The position numbers and the translations under genes were made by a program. From positions 103,307,243 through 103,371,242 of the forward strand of contig NC_068984.1 of assembly GCF_001194135.2 (NCBI RefSeq): a stretch of 64,000 nt of DNA, read 5' to 3'. This document shows positions 52,204-63,758 of the stretch, piece after piece; positions within the stretch are counted from its first letter, which is position 1; every line of letters begins with the position of its first letter. Source of the DNA: Octopus bimaculoides (taxonomy: Eukaryota). The notes under the pieces were generated by a model. It saw only the letters and a program-made list of their open reading frames with translations, made no database searches and was not told the DNA's origin.

Positions 52204-52535
52204 GAAATCGTGTGGCTTACTGGGTAGTGTATTCTGTTCGCGATCGTAAGGTAGTGAGTTCGATTCCTGGAGACGCTTTGTGTCATTGAGTAAGATGCTC
52301 TATTTTTACGTTAATCCAGTCCACTCAGCTGGCAAAAATGAATCTGTTAGTACGTGTAGTTCAATGGGACAACCTTGTTACTTTCGGTATGTCACGCTGA
52401 ATCTCCCTGAGGACTATGTTAAGAGGACGCGTGTCTGTGGAGTACTCCGCTACTTGCACGTTAATTTCACGAGCAGGGTGTACCATTGATCGGATCAACG
52501 GGAACACTGGTCGTCGTAACCGAAGGAGTGCCCAG
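52204..52535 (+). mobile_element. SINE family C, tail type 3
   Basis: B-box GAGTTCGATTCC and CORE-like CCAGTCCACTCAGCTG. The tail is shared with 20890-21030. Confidence 0.75.
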
Positions 52536-52671
52536 CCACGGTGTATTGATCGGATTGTAGTTCAGATATTATTCAAACAAGCTTATTAATGTGGCCAACT
52601 GTGTCTAGCAAGAGATAGATTCTCACAAGTCTACATCGCAACACGGTTCCAATCCCCGGTTGAAATCATAG

Positions 52672-52710
<39 letters not shown>

Positions 52711-52737
52711 ATACATGCATATATAGATAGATAGATC

Positions 52738-52776
<39 letters not shown>

Positions 52777-52777
<1 letters not shown>

Positions 52778-52883
52778 TAATATGTGACAATTATTCGGTA
52801 GCTATGATAAAACTCCGAGTTTCCGCCCCGACATCTGAAACTCGGAGTTTTATCAAGGGTACCGAATAATCGTCACATATTAT
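52777..52883. repeat. Hairpin or inverted repeat with 47-bp arms, a 13-nt loop and 4 mismatches
   Basis: ATAATATGTGACAATTATTCGGTAGCTATGATAAAACTCCGAGTTTC and its near reverse complement. Confidence 0.95.
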
Positions 52884-54517
52884 TTACAGATAACTTACTC
52901 TATTTACATAATATCGAGGTCTCTTTCTTTTGTTGTCTTACTTTTTCTATCAATATATATANNNNNNNNNNNNNNNNNNNNNNNNNNNNNNNNNNNNNNN
53001 NNNNNNNNNNNNNNNNNNNNNNNNNNNNNNNNNNNNNNNNNNNNNNNNNNNNNNNNNNNNNNNNNNNNNNNNNNNNNNNNNNNNNNNNNNNNNNNNNNNN
53101 NNNNNNNNNNNNNNNNNNNNNNNNNNNNNNNNNNNNNNNNNNNNNNNNNNNNNNNNNNNNNNNNNNNNNNNNNNNNNNNNNNNNNNNNNNNNNNNNNNNN
53201 NNNNNNNNNNNNNNNNNNNNNNNNNNNNNNNNNNNNNNNNNNNNNNNNNNNNNNNNNNNNNNNNNNNNNNNNNNNNNNNNNNNNNNNNNNNNNNNNNNNN
53301 NNNNNNNNNNNNNNNNNNNNNNNNNNNNNNNNNNNNNNNNNNNNNNNNNNNNNNNNNNNNNNNNNNNNNNNNNNNNNNNNNNNNNNNNNNNNNNNNNNNN
53401 NNNNNNNNNNNNNNNNNNNNNNNNNNNNNNNNNNNNNNNNNNNNNNNNNNNNNNNNNNNNNNNNNNNNNNNNNNNNNNNNNNNNNNNNNNNNNNNNNNNN
53501 NNNNNNNNNNNNNNNNNNNNNNNNNNNNNNNNNNTATATATATATAACAGTGATGTTGTTCTAAGTAAAAGTATATGCATAAACATTTCAAAACCATTCA
53601 TTCCTTATTGTGTCAGCTCAGCTGTCACTTATCTCAGTTTCCCTTGACTCAGTTAACGCTTCTACCGCTCACTTATTGCCGTTCTAAGAAAAACAGTAAA
53701 CACTGAATTCAATTCAGTGTGCATCGACTGCTATTTCTGAATTCTCAGTATGTTGGAGAAGCAGGTTACTGTCAATCCCTATATATTTATGATTATAAAT
53801 GATTTTTACCGAAAAGGTTTTTCATACTGAGCTACCCGGCAAAATTGTTAATTATTAATTTTATTACTAATTGACGATTCCCTGCCCTGCATATCTATAT
53901 TTTAATAATACCTCTAAGGTGAATAGTTAAACCGCAAGAAGTTCGTACGGGTCTCTTTTCTATGCGGGACTATTTATGATGCACACTGAATTGAATTCAT
54001 TANNNNNNNNNNNNNNNNNNNNNNNNNNNNNNNNNNNNNNNNNNNNNNNNNNNNNNNNNNNNNNNNNNNNNNNNNNNNNNNNNNNNNNNNNNNNNNNNNN
54101 NNNNNNNNNNNNNNNNNNNNNNNNNNNNNNNNNNNNNNNNNNNNNNNNNNNNNNNNNNNNNNNNNNNNNNNNNNNNNNNNNNNNNNNNNNNNNNNNNNNN
54201 NNNNNNNNNNNNNNNNNNNNNNNNNNNNNNNNNNNNNNNNNNNNNNNNNNNNNNNNNNNNNNNNNNNNNNNNNNNNNNNNNNNNNNNNNNNNNNNNNNNN
54301 NNNNNNNNNNNNNNNNNNNNNNNNNNNNNNNNNNNNNNNNNNNNNNNNNNNNNNNNNNNNNNNNNNNNNNNNNNNNNNNNNNNNNNNNNNNNNNNNNNNN
54401 NNNNNNNNNNNNNNNNNNNNNNNNNNNNNNNNNNNNNNNNNNNNNNNNNNNNNNNNNNNNNNNNNNNNNNNNNNNNNNNNNNNNNNNNNNNNNNNNNNNN
54501 NNNNNNNNNNNNNNNNN

Positions 54518-54558
<41 letters not shown>

Positions 54559-54664
54559 CTTCGTTTTTGGACTTCATGTGCTGGGACATATCATTTTGTA
54601 TCTGGGGAGAGTCATTCTCTTTTAGTGCTTTATTATTTGATACACTCACCGGTAAAGTTCCCGC

Positions 54665-54850
54665 TCATTTGAGACAATATGACGACAAAAAACAGTCCTC
54701 CATACTCTGTCAACATGTCAAGGACCAACATTGAGGCAAACTGGGTGAACTTGATATCTGCATTTTATCCAAACACCCAAAGGACCAACACTCAGACACA
54801 TACAGGAGTACATCCTCATAAATGAAACATCTCCAGTACTAATTAGGAAA
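54665..54850 (+). mobile_element. Penelope-like endonuclease C-terminal fragment
   Basis: HLRQYDDKKQSSILCQHVKDQH*G...ILSKHPKD. A sister copy is inverted at 57340-57482. Confidence 0.55.
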
Positions 54851-54984
54851 TATACATAGTAGATATCAAACCCCCATACCTACAGTTTACACAGGTAGAG
54901 TAGAATAGTTAGTGGGCCGTTATGTAGATAGATGTGTGTGTGTGTGTGTGTGTGTGTTTGTGTGTGTGTACGTGTATGTATATG

Positions 54985-55257
54985 CACATGTATGTAGGCA
55001 AATGGATATGAATGTAAACAGACAGTCATACAGACGGATAGGTACGTAAGTATTATGAACAGGCGAGTACACATACACACATACGAAAATGAAGACTGAA
55101 ACACATGACCATAAACACAGACACTTCACTTCACACACGGACACATATGGAGACACACGTCCATACATGCAGACGCTGTACATACTCACAAAAACCTATA
55201 TACAGACACACTCAGACATGCACACACAAGGAGACAGAGGTAGACACAAACACACAT

Positions 55258-55288
<31 letters not shown>

Positions 55289-56476
55289 TAAAAAAAACAC
55301 ACAGACACGAACATACAAACACATGAATATGCAGAATACATACATACATACACACATGCATGCATATATACACACGCACCCGCGCGCACCCGCGCACACA
55401 CACGCACGTACATGCATACACACACTTACAAGCATGCATGCATACATATATACATACATACATACATGTGTATGCGCACACACCCACACACATGCGCTCG
55501 AACAAACAAAAAGAACGCAGCTCGGATAATGAACAGAGTCAAAGACTATTGAAAAAGTTGCAAAACGCAACGAAAATTGTAGGAAAAATAAATAAGTAAA
55601 TGGGTAGAAACTTTACCAGTGAGTGTGTTAAATAATTAAGCATTAAAAGAGAATGACTCTCTCCAGACACAAATATATATATATCTGTCTATCTATCTAC
55701 CTACCTCTCGGTCTATGTATGTATCTATCTACATCTCTCTAACTCTATGTGTGTATGTAGGAAAGAGAGTATGTATGTGTGTAATACATGTGTACTAACA
55801 CATACCGACGTGCCTATGTATATCCAACAAATATGCACACATACATAAACACATGCATACATAGGTACATACATATAATCCAACACAAACACACCACACA
55901 CACACGCACACATGCACACGCACGCGCACACACACATCTCGTTTTCTCTTTGTTCCTTATATAGAGGAAACAATTACAAGCCATTCATTATCCTTGCTGT
56001 CTTCTCTATTTTAATGGATTCCGCTTTCAATTGACCAAACACACACACGCACACACCACACACACACCCGCGCTAAACACATATAATGTGTGTGTGTGTC
56101 TGTGTGTCTGTGTGTCTGTGCGTATTAATGCATGTGTACCTATGTACGTATGTATTTATGTGTGTATTCATGTGTTTATGTATGTGTGTATGAATACAGG
56201 TATGTATGTATGTATTTATTTGGTTTGCAAGATTCTTTATGTGAATTCGTGTGTTGAAACATATTTTATTGTGTCTGGGGAGAGTCATCCTTTTTTAGTA
56301 TTTAACACACTCACTAGTTCGATTTTCACTCATTTAGTTATTTAGTTATTTTCTCTAAAATAGATTTTTGTTGCGTCTTGCAACCTTATCAATAGTCGAT
56401 GACTCTGTTCGTTATCAGAGCTGCGTTCTTTTTGTTTCCTTGTTTATTTGTCTGTTTGTTTGTTTGGGCGCTTGTG

Positions 56477-56531
<55 letters not shown>

Positions 56532-56800
56532 GCGTGCGTGCACGTTTGTATGTATGTATTTTGCATATTCATGTGTTTGTGTGTTCATGTTTCTGTATTT
56601 GCATGTGCGTGTGTGTATTTGTGCGTGTACTTCTGTCTCCTTGTGTGTGTGTGTGAAGTATACGTGTATGTATACGGTCGTGTGTTTCAGTCTTCCTTTT
56701 TGTATATATGTATGTGTGTGTGCTTCTCTGTCCATATTACCTATGTACCTATCTATCTATTTGTCTATCTGTTTACTTACATATTCATTTACCTACACAC
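54985..56800. repeat. Large imperfect inverted repeat made from two copies of a microsatellite-rich element
   Basis: 55500-55597 pairs with 56340-56435, 55625-55675 with 56265-56320, and 55090-55110 with 56675-56695. Confidence 0.75.
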
Positions 56801-57009
56801 ACACACACACACACATAAGTGTGTGTGTGTGTAGGTAAATGAATATGTAAGTAAACAGATAGACAAATAGATAGATAGGTAATACGGACAGAGAAGCACA
56901 CACACATACATACACACATACACAAAGGATGACTGAAACACATGACCGTATACACACACGCACACTTCACACACACACGCACACAAAGACACATATGGAG
57001 ACATATATA

Positions 57010-57049
<40 letters not shown>

Positions 57050-57059
57050 NNNNNNNNNN

Positions 57060-57096
<37 letters not shown>

Positions 57097-57339
57097 CAGA
57101 CATGCAGGAAATAAATAGACACCTTTAATTTTCAAAATTTCTCATCTAAGTAACTTAATATGTTTTCAGCGGTGTTGAATTTACAATGTAATTATTCTTT
57201 TTCATTCCAGGTGCCATTATATTAAACATTTGCGAAGCGTAACCATGCCACGCACAAAAAATTCAGCAGAATTGTCAGCAAAATTTCAGTAGAATTTTCA
57301 ATGAGGTCGTATTGTTGCGCAATCTGAGGCTGGTCTTAG

Positions 57340-58260
57340 CCAGCGAAAAATTGCCGAAAATCTTCCTTTGGATACTTGAATAAAATACGGATGCCAAGTT
57401 GACCCATTGTGTTTCCATATTGGTCTTTGGCATGTTGGTAGAGTATGGAGGACTATTTTTTGTTGTCATATTGTCTCAAATGTTTATTTAGTCCCGCCGA
57501 AATGCTTCTAGATGTCTCATCTACGCATATCATGTTCTTGTCTTTACAACCATACAGTGAAGGTCAACAGTAAACTATACATGCAGGTTCAAGGTGCAGC
57601 CATTGGTGTCGGTGTAGCTGGAGATGTAGCCGGCCTCTTCATGACCTGGAGGGACAAAAAACTTAAACGATCCTTAACGGAACAGTCCACAACTGTTTTG
57701 CTTCACTGTAGTTATGTACATGATTTAATATTCTAGTTAGGACAAACTCTAGTAACTGTAATGTACAAACCGAGAGAAGCATAATGGAGAGCATCCAACA
57801 CGTAGCTAACTCCATCCACCAAAGTGTCAAGGTAACTATAGATTACCCCACCAGACACCCTAACAATAGACTTCTTGTTCTAGACACTGATGAACTTTGG
57901 TTAGAGACTGTGAACAACAGAGCGCTGCTCCTCCACTCCAATTACATGAAACCTATAGCTTCTAAATATGTTGTTCACAAGAACTCAGCTTTGCCACACA
58001 GCATGAAAATCAACATACTGATTGCAGACTTAGTTAGGATAATGAACAACGTGTCCCCACTATGCAAACCCTATGAAACGAAGAAACGTGTACAGAACTT
58101 CATGCACCGCATGCAATTCTCTGGATATGATTAAAAAGATAGGGTTCGAGTATACAGTGGAGCTAGAAAGATGTTAGATAGCATTATATGTAATAAAACC
58201 AATTGTACCTGCTTAGATGTAGAAGAAATAGGATACAAAGAGTTCGTGACAAAGGAAACA
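57340..58260 (+). mobile_element. Penelope-like RT fragment (57483-58260, plus strand) joined to an inverted endonuclease fragment (57340-57482, minus strand)
   Basis: KLYMQVQGAAIG...GLFMTW, YVHD (equivalent to YVDD), VANSIHQSVKVTIDYP, LLVLD, YMKPIASKYVVHKNSALP and FMHRMQFSGY. Confidence 0.8.
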
Positions 58261-58611
58261 GGGTGAGCACGCGGTACAAAACCGACAAATATCAAAGAGA
58301 GATGTTTGTACCAATGACAACTACATGGCTCCAGTGTGAGTGTGTGTCAGTGTGTGTCAGTGTCTGTGTGTGCGTGAAACATGTACGTGTGTTTATGTGT
58401 GTTAAAAATAACCTTGAAACAATTTCTTGTTTGTATACTGGACATGACTGGCCTGTTAAGGTTAAGAAGCGATGTATACACACACATATACACCGTCACA
58501 CATACACACAATCAAACAATTACAACACACCTACATACATAATACATACATACATACATGCATACATACATACATACATACATACATACATACATACACA
58601 TACATATATAC

Positions 58612-58990
58612 ATAGCCGCAGAAGTGGCTGTGTGGTTCCGGGTTCAGTCCCACTGCGTGGCACCTAGGGCGATTGTCTTCTAATATAGCCTCGAGCTGAC
58701 CAAAGCCTTCTGAGTGGATTTGGCAGGCGGAAACTGAAAGAAGCCCGTCGTTTATATATGTGTATATATGTGTATATGTGTGTATATATTTGTGTCTGTC
58801 CCCCCTCCCCACCATCGTTTGACTACCGATGTTGGTGTGTTTGCGTCACCGTAACTTAGCGGTTCAGCATAAGCGAGTGATAGAATAAGTACTAGACTCA
58901 CAAAGAATAAGTCCTGGGGTCGACTTGTTCGACTAAATATGGTGCTCCAGCATGGCCACAGTCAAATAACTGAAACAAATAAAAGAATAA
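58612..58990 (+). mobile_element. SINE family B copy with a short deletion in the head
   Basis: CCGGGTTCAGTCCCACTGCGTGGCACC...GGTGCTCCAGCATGGCCACAGTC. Confidence 0.88.
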
Positions 58991-59376
58991 AAGAATACAA
59001 ACACAACATAATCATACATACAAACATACATACATACACACATACGTGCATATGCATACACATACATATATTTATATATACATACAAACACGTAATACAT
59101 ACACACATACATACATACATATATATATATACATGCATACACACACATACATACATACATACGTACATACATACATACAATGTGTGGTCCATTTGTCCTG
59201 CTAGAAATAGATCGTGCGTCGCCCTCAGTTAAAGGTAGGGGAGGGTGAATGAAACAATGTGTTTGTCTGTGACCAACATTCTTTGTTCGTTGTTGGTTTT
59301 TAAAGACACAAAACACCAGGAAGTTCAATTGTATTGGCAAAATGTTGGACGTGCTTGTAAACAAATATGCATATAT

Positions 59377-59452
<76 letters not shown>

Positions 59453-60245
59453 CGATTGTTTACATATCAAATATATGCGCGCGCGCGTATGTTTATGTCA
59501 AACAATGTGTAAATGATTAAGTGTATGTGTAGGAAAAGATGTGTTTGTTTGTGTGTGTGAGTGTGTGTGTGCGCGTGTGCGTATGTAACAATAAGTGATT
59601 AAGTGTGAGTGTGATTGAATGGCCGTTTGTAAGTAGATGTGTGAGAAATAGCTGTGCATATGTGCATGTGTGTGTATGAGGGAAGGAGAGAATGTATGTA
59701 TGCGTGTGTGTGTGTGTGTGTGTGTGCTGATGAGTCACACAGCATGGCCGATCCCCCGAATTATTTCTACCTGTGGATTTATTTTGAGGTCAGCGTAGTT
59801 TGAAAGGCAAGTTTGAAGTAGGTGGGTGACGTAGAGAAAGAGAGAGAGACGGGCAGACAGAGACAAGGGAAGCGTGAAGTGGTGAAAGAAGTGGGAAGAG
59901 TTGAAGGAGGAGGGAAGAGTTGAAGGAAGAGGGAAGAGGTGAAAACAATACAGGTAAAGAACGACCAGGGTGGGAAACGAATGATGAAACAGTGAGGGAA
60001 TCAAAAATGTCAATGTAACATTCGTTACTATTGACTCACGTATGACAAAGTAGTGTCGATCGCGTACATGTACTAGTGTGCCAATACGTATACACACACA
60101 CATATAGATATAGATATAACTACACCCATGCATCCATATATATAATATTCACACTCATAAATATTTATTTATATCTATGTATACACACACTCACATATAC
60201 ATGAATCTAGGTCGTAGTACGATGTTAGTTCAACTGAGATATTTA

Positions 60246-61433
60246 TTGGGTTGGCAAGAAAGTAATTTCGTTTTTCTTTTTGACATTTGATAGCCATTAC
60301 TTTTAGCTTTCTTTAGAAGTAAATTGCGTGTAATTTTGTTTACAGCTGCTAGTTCAGTGACAATTTTATCATGGAGTGTAAAAACGAATATTTTCACCAT
60401 ATTTTACTTTTTTATTTCCATAAAAGCAAGAAAGCTGCTGAGGCTCACAAAGAGATATGTGAAGTTTATGGTGTTGATTGCTTAACAGAACGCACATGTC
60501 AGAAATAATTTTTTAAAAAATTCTGTTCTGGTCAACCTCCTGAAGTTGATCATGACCGAATCAAATCCATAATTGAATCTGATTGTCATTTAATTGTGTG
60601 AAAGATTGCAGAGAGGTTAAATGTATCACACATAATTGAAAATCTCTTAAAATGTCTTGGACTTGCTAAGAAGTTCGATATTTGGGTTCCACATAAATTG
60701 AAAGAGATTCACTTAACACAACGAATCAATATTTGCGATATGCATCTCAAACGCATGCAATCGATTTTTTTTTTAAACGAACCATCACTGGTGATGAAAA
60801 ATGGATTGTCTACAATAACATCAATCGAAAACGATTATGGTCCAAGCGAAATGAGCCAACACAAATCACATCGAAAGCTGAATTTCATAAAGAAAAAGGC
60901 CATGCTCTCAATTTGGTGGGATTACAAAGGTGTTGTGTATTTTGAGCTGCTTTCAAGGAACCAAACGATCAATTCAGATGTTTACTGTCAACAACTAGTG
61001 AAACTGGAGGAAGCAATAAAAAAACGGCTAGAATTGACAAATCGTAAAGGAATCGTGTTCCACCATGATAACACTAGACCACAGACGTCTTTGCTAACTC
61101 ATGAAAAATTATTGGAACTTGGTTGGGAAGTGATGTCACATCCACCATACAGCCCTGACCTTGCACCATCAGATTACCATTTAAGTTTGCAAAATTCTTT
61201 GAATGGTAAAACTTTCAATAATGATGATGACCTGAAATCGCACTTGCTTCAATTTTTGGCTGATAAAGACCAGAAGTTCTATGAGTGCGGAATCATTAAG
61301 TTGCCAGAAAGATAGCAAAAGGTCATTGAACAAAATGGAAAATATATAATTGATTAAAGTTCATTCTTTGTATGAAAAAAAAATGACTTATTTCACATTA
61401 AAAAAAGAACAAATTAATTTCTTGCCAACCCAA
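60246..61433 (+). mobile_element. mariner element with Hsmar1/cecropia-like TIRs, full length and frameshifted
   Basis: TA|TTGGGTTGGCAAGAAA...TTTCTTGCCAACCCAA|TA. The transposase runs from ATG 60372 with ITGDEKW, HHDNTRP and PYSPDLAPSDYHL (DD34D). Confidence 0.95.
60372..61358 (+). pseudogene. mariner DD34D transposase pseudogene
   Basis: There are stops and frameshifts (for example at the poly-T near 60765-60775) and a premature TAG at 61313-61315. Confidence 0.9.
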
Positions 61434-61836
61434 TAATTACTAAATGTTCACCGACAACTCGAACAGTTAGTCGAGGTTCTTAAAGAATGGGCCACAAATA
61501 TCAAAATACACAAAGATGCAGAACGTTTACCACGAGAGTTATCTTACGGAACATCAATATGTTTCGGTAATTTTTCACTTCGTTAGAGTCTGTTGAACTC
61601 AAGGCAATTATTCGCTTAGCAATGTAATAAATATTTTGCTAGGACTTGGCATCAGCATTGGTTGATTTTAAACATCGAACAAAGTAATGGAATAGTTGTC
61701 TATTCGTAGTAAAAATGTATCGGCAGGGTGTTCTACTGGGAGACAAATTAATAAACTGGTACACTAAAATACATACAAGGGTTATTTCGTTAATCTTTTT
61801 CACCTCTCTCTCTTTCTCTCTCTCTTCTCTCTCTCT

Positions 61837-61905
<69 letters not shown>

Positions 61906-62099
61906 NNNNNNNNNNNNNNNNNNNNNNNNNNNNNNNNNNNNNNNNNNNNNNNNNNNNNNNNNNNNNNNNNNNNNNNNNNNNNNNNNNNNNNNNNNNNNNN
62001 NNNNNNNNNNNNNNNNNNNNNNNNNNNNNNNNNNNNNNNNNNNNNNNNNNNNNNNNNNNNNNNNNNNNNNNNNNNNNNNNNNNNNNNNNNNNNNNNNNN

Positions 62100-62135
<36 letters not shown>

Positions 62136-62142
62136 TGTATGT

Positions 62143-62267
62143 CATCTGACATGTGGCACCCATTGCATCTGTACAGGTAATGTCGATTTGATGGAGTGAA
62201 TTAGCTTATGTGTACACAAACATTTGATCACTATAAACAAATCATCTGTGTGGTTGTTCGATAAGAA
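62143..62267 (+). mobile_element. SINE family C tail type 1 fragment; head lost
   Basis: GTCGATTTGATGGAG...ACATTTGATCACTATAAACAAATC matches 15440-15500. Confidence 0.7.
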
Positions 62268-62833
62268 ATTGACGAGCCCTTATACGTCTAACGACGGGAG
62301 AGTCCATCATATATATATATATATATATAGGTACTATTCCTTAGTTGATTTCTCAACCTCTAACTCACACAGAAATACATACATACATACATACATATAT
62401 ATNNNNNNNNNNNNNNNNNNNNNNNNNNNNNNNNNNNNNNNNNNNNNNNNNNNNNNNNNNNNNNNNNNNNNNNNNNNNNNNNNNNNNNNNNNNNNNNNNN
62501 NNNNNNNNNNNNNNNNNNNNNNNNNNNNNNNNNNNNNNNNNNNNNNNNNNNNNNNNNNNNNNNNNNNNNNNNNNNNNNNNNNNNNNNNNNNNNNNNNNNN
62601 NNATAAGTGTCAGCCATCTAGTAAGTATATGTACATACACCGAGTTGAAGCACTTGAAGAATCGGATACAGCTGGAACGTCTCGGTCGAATGTATCACCC
62701 ATATGAATTTTCTCTGTGTGTATATATATATATATATATATATGGGAGAATATACAAATAATAACAACAGACGAGGACAGGTGGTGTAAATAACAAAAGG
62801 ATATATTAGTATGACGCTCGGGAATACGGAAAG

Positions 62834-62870
62834 TCTTTGACGTTTCGAGCTACGCTCTTCAACAGAAAGA
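62834..62870 (-). ncRNA. Hammerhead-like motif with CUGUUGA core variant and perfect helices, inside a pLTR-like repeat (about 62745-62890)
   Basis: The minus strand reads TCTTT CTGTTGA A GAGC GTA GCTC GAAAC GTC AAAGA. Confidence 0.7.
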
Positions 62871-63563
62871 ATACGGAGACAAGGAGAAATATATATATAT
62901 ATATAGACTAAACAGAACAGAAGAAGACACGCGGGTTAGAGAGACGTTGAAAAGATCACAGGATGTGTGACAAAAGATGTTGTGTGCCGACAATGGGCAT
63001 AAAATAAGAGCAATAATAAACAGGTGAAGAACGGATATATAGTGCGTGTGTTTATTTGGCAAGAAAAATAACCATCCTCAACTATAACAGTATATATATA
63101 TATATTTATTTATTTATTTATTTATGTGTTTCAGCCAAGTGGCTGCGGTCATGCTGGTGCATATATATATATATATTCAAACCTTTATTTATTTTTCTTA
63201 CTAACTATACATTTCACCAGCACGCTTTCCTATCATTTACAATACTTTAACACCTAAACACACCCTCTATCCCACATACTATTCTTCCACACTTGCCCAT
63301 CGCCACACACCTCCACACACACACCAAGAAACCACATCAATCTCACACCACACACGCGCGCATGTGCGCGCGCACACACATACACTCAGACACACACCTA
63401 TCCTATCTCCATACTCGAGTTCTTTCGGAAACATGCACTCACAGCTCTGCATCTTCCCGTCTTCCTAAATCTTACTCATAGCACCGCATTCCCCACTGGC
63501 ACCTAACTTTTCTTTCTTCCTTTCCCACCATCTCCTCTCCTATTGTATTCCTAATATTTCTTT

Positions 63564-63602
63564 CCTTTTATCTGATGAAGGATAACGTCCGAAATGTCAA
63601 GG
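63564..63602 (+). ncRNA. Hammerhead-like motif with CUGAUGA core, partly decayed
   Basis: CCTTTTAT CTGATGA A GGA TAACG TCC GAAAT GTC AAGG. The downstream flank resembles the 62.8-kb family. Confidence 0.5.
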
Positions 63603-63701
63603 AATCTTTTCGCTCCTTCTAAGCGATATACTAATAACATTCTTATTAAATCTTCTCTCTCTCATTTTGTCTTCTTTTTGCTCATTAACTATATATATAT
63701 A

Positions 63702-63727
63702 TCTATATATATAAAAATGAGAATGTG

Positions 63728-63758
<31 letters not shown>

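Noticed and set aside
59726-59765. CTGATGAGTCA...TGGCCGAT
   Set aside because: A possible helix II exists, but GAAA and helix III are missing.
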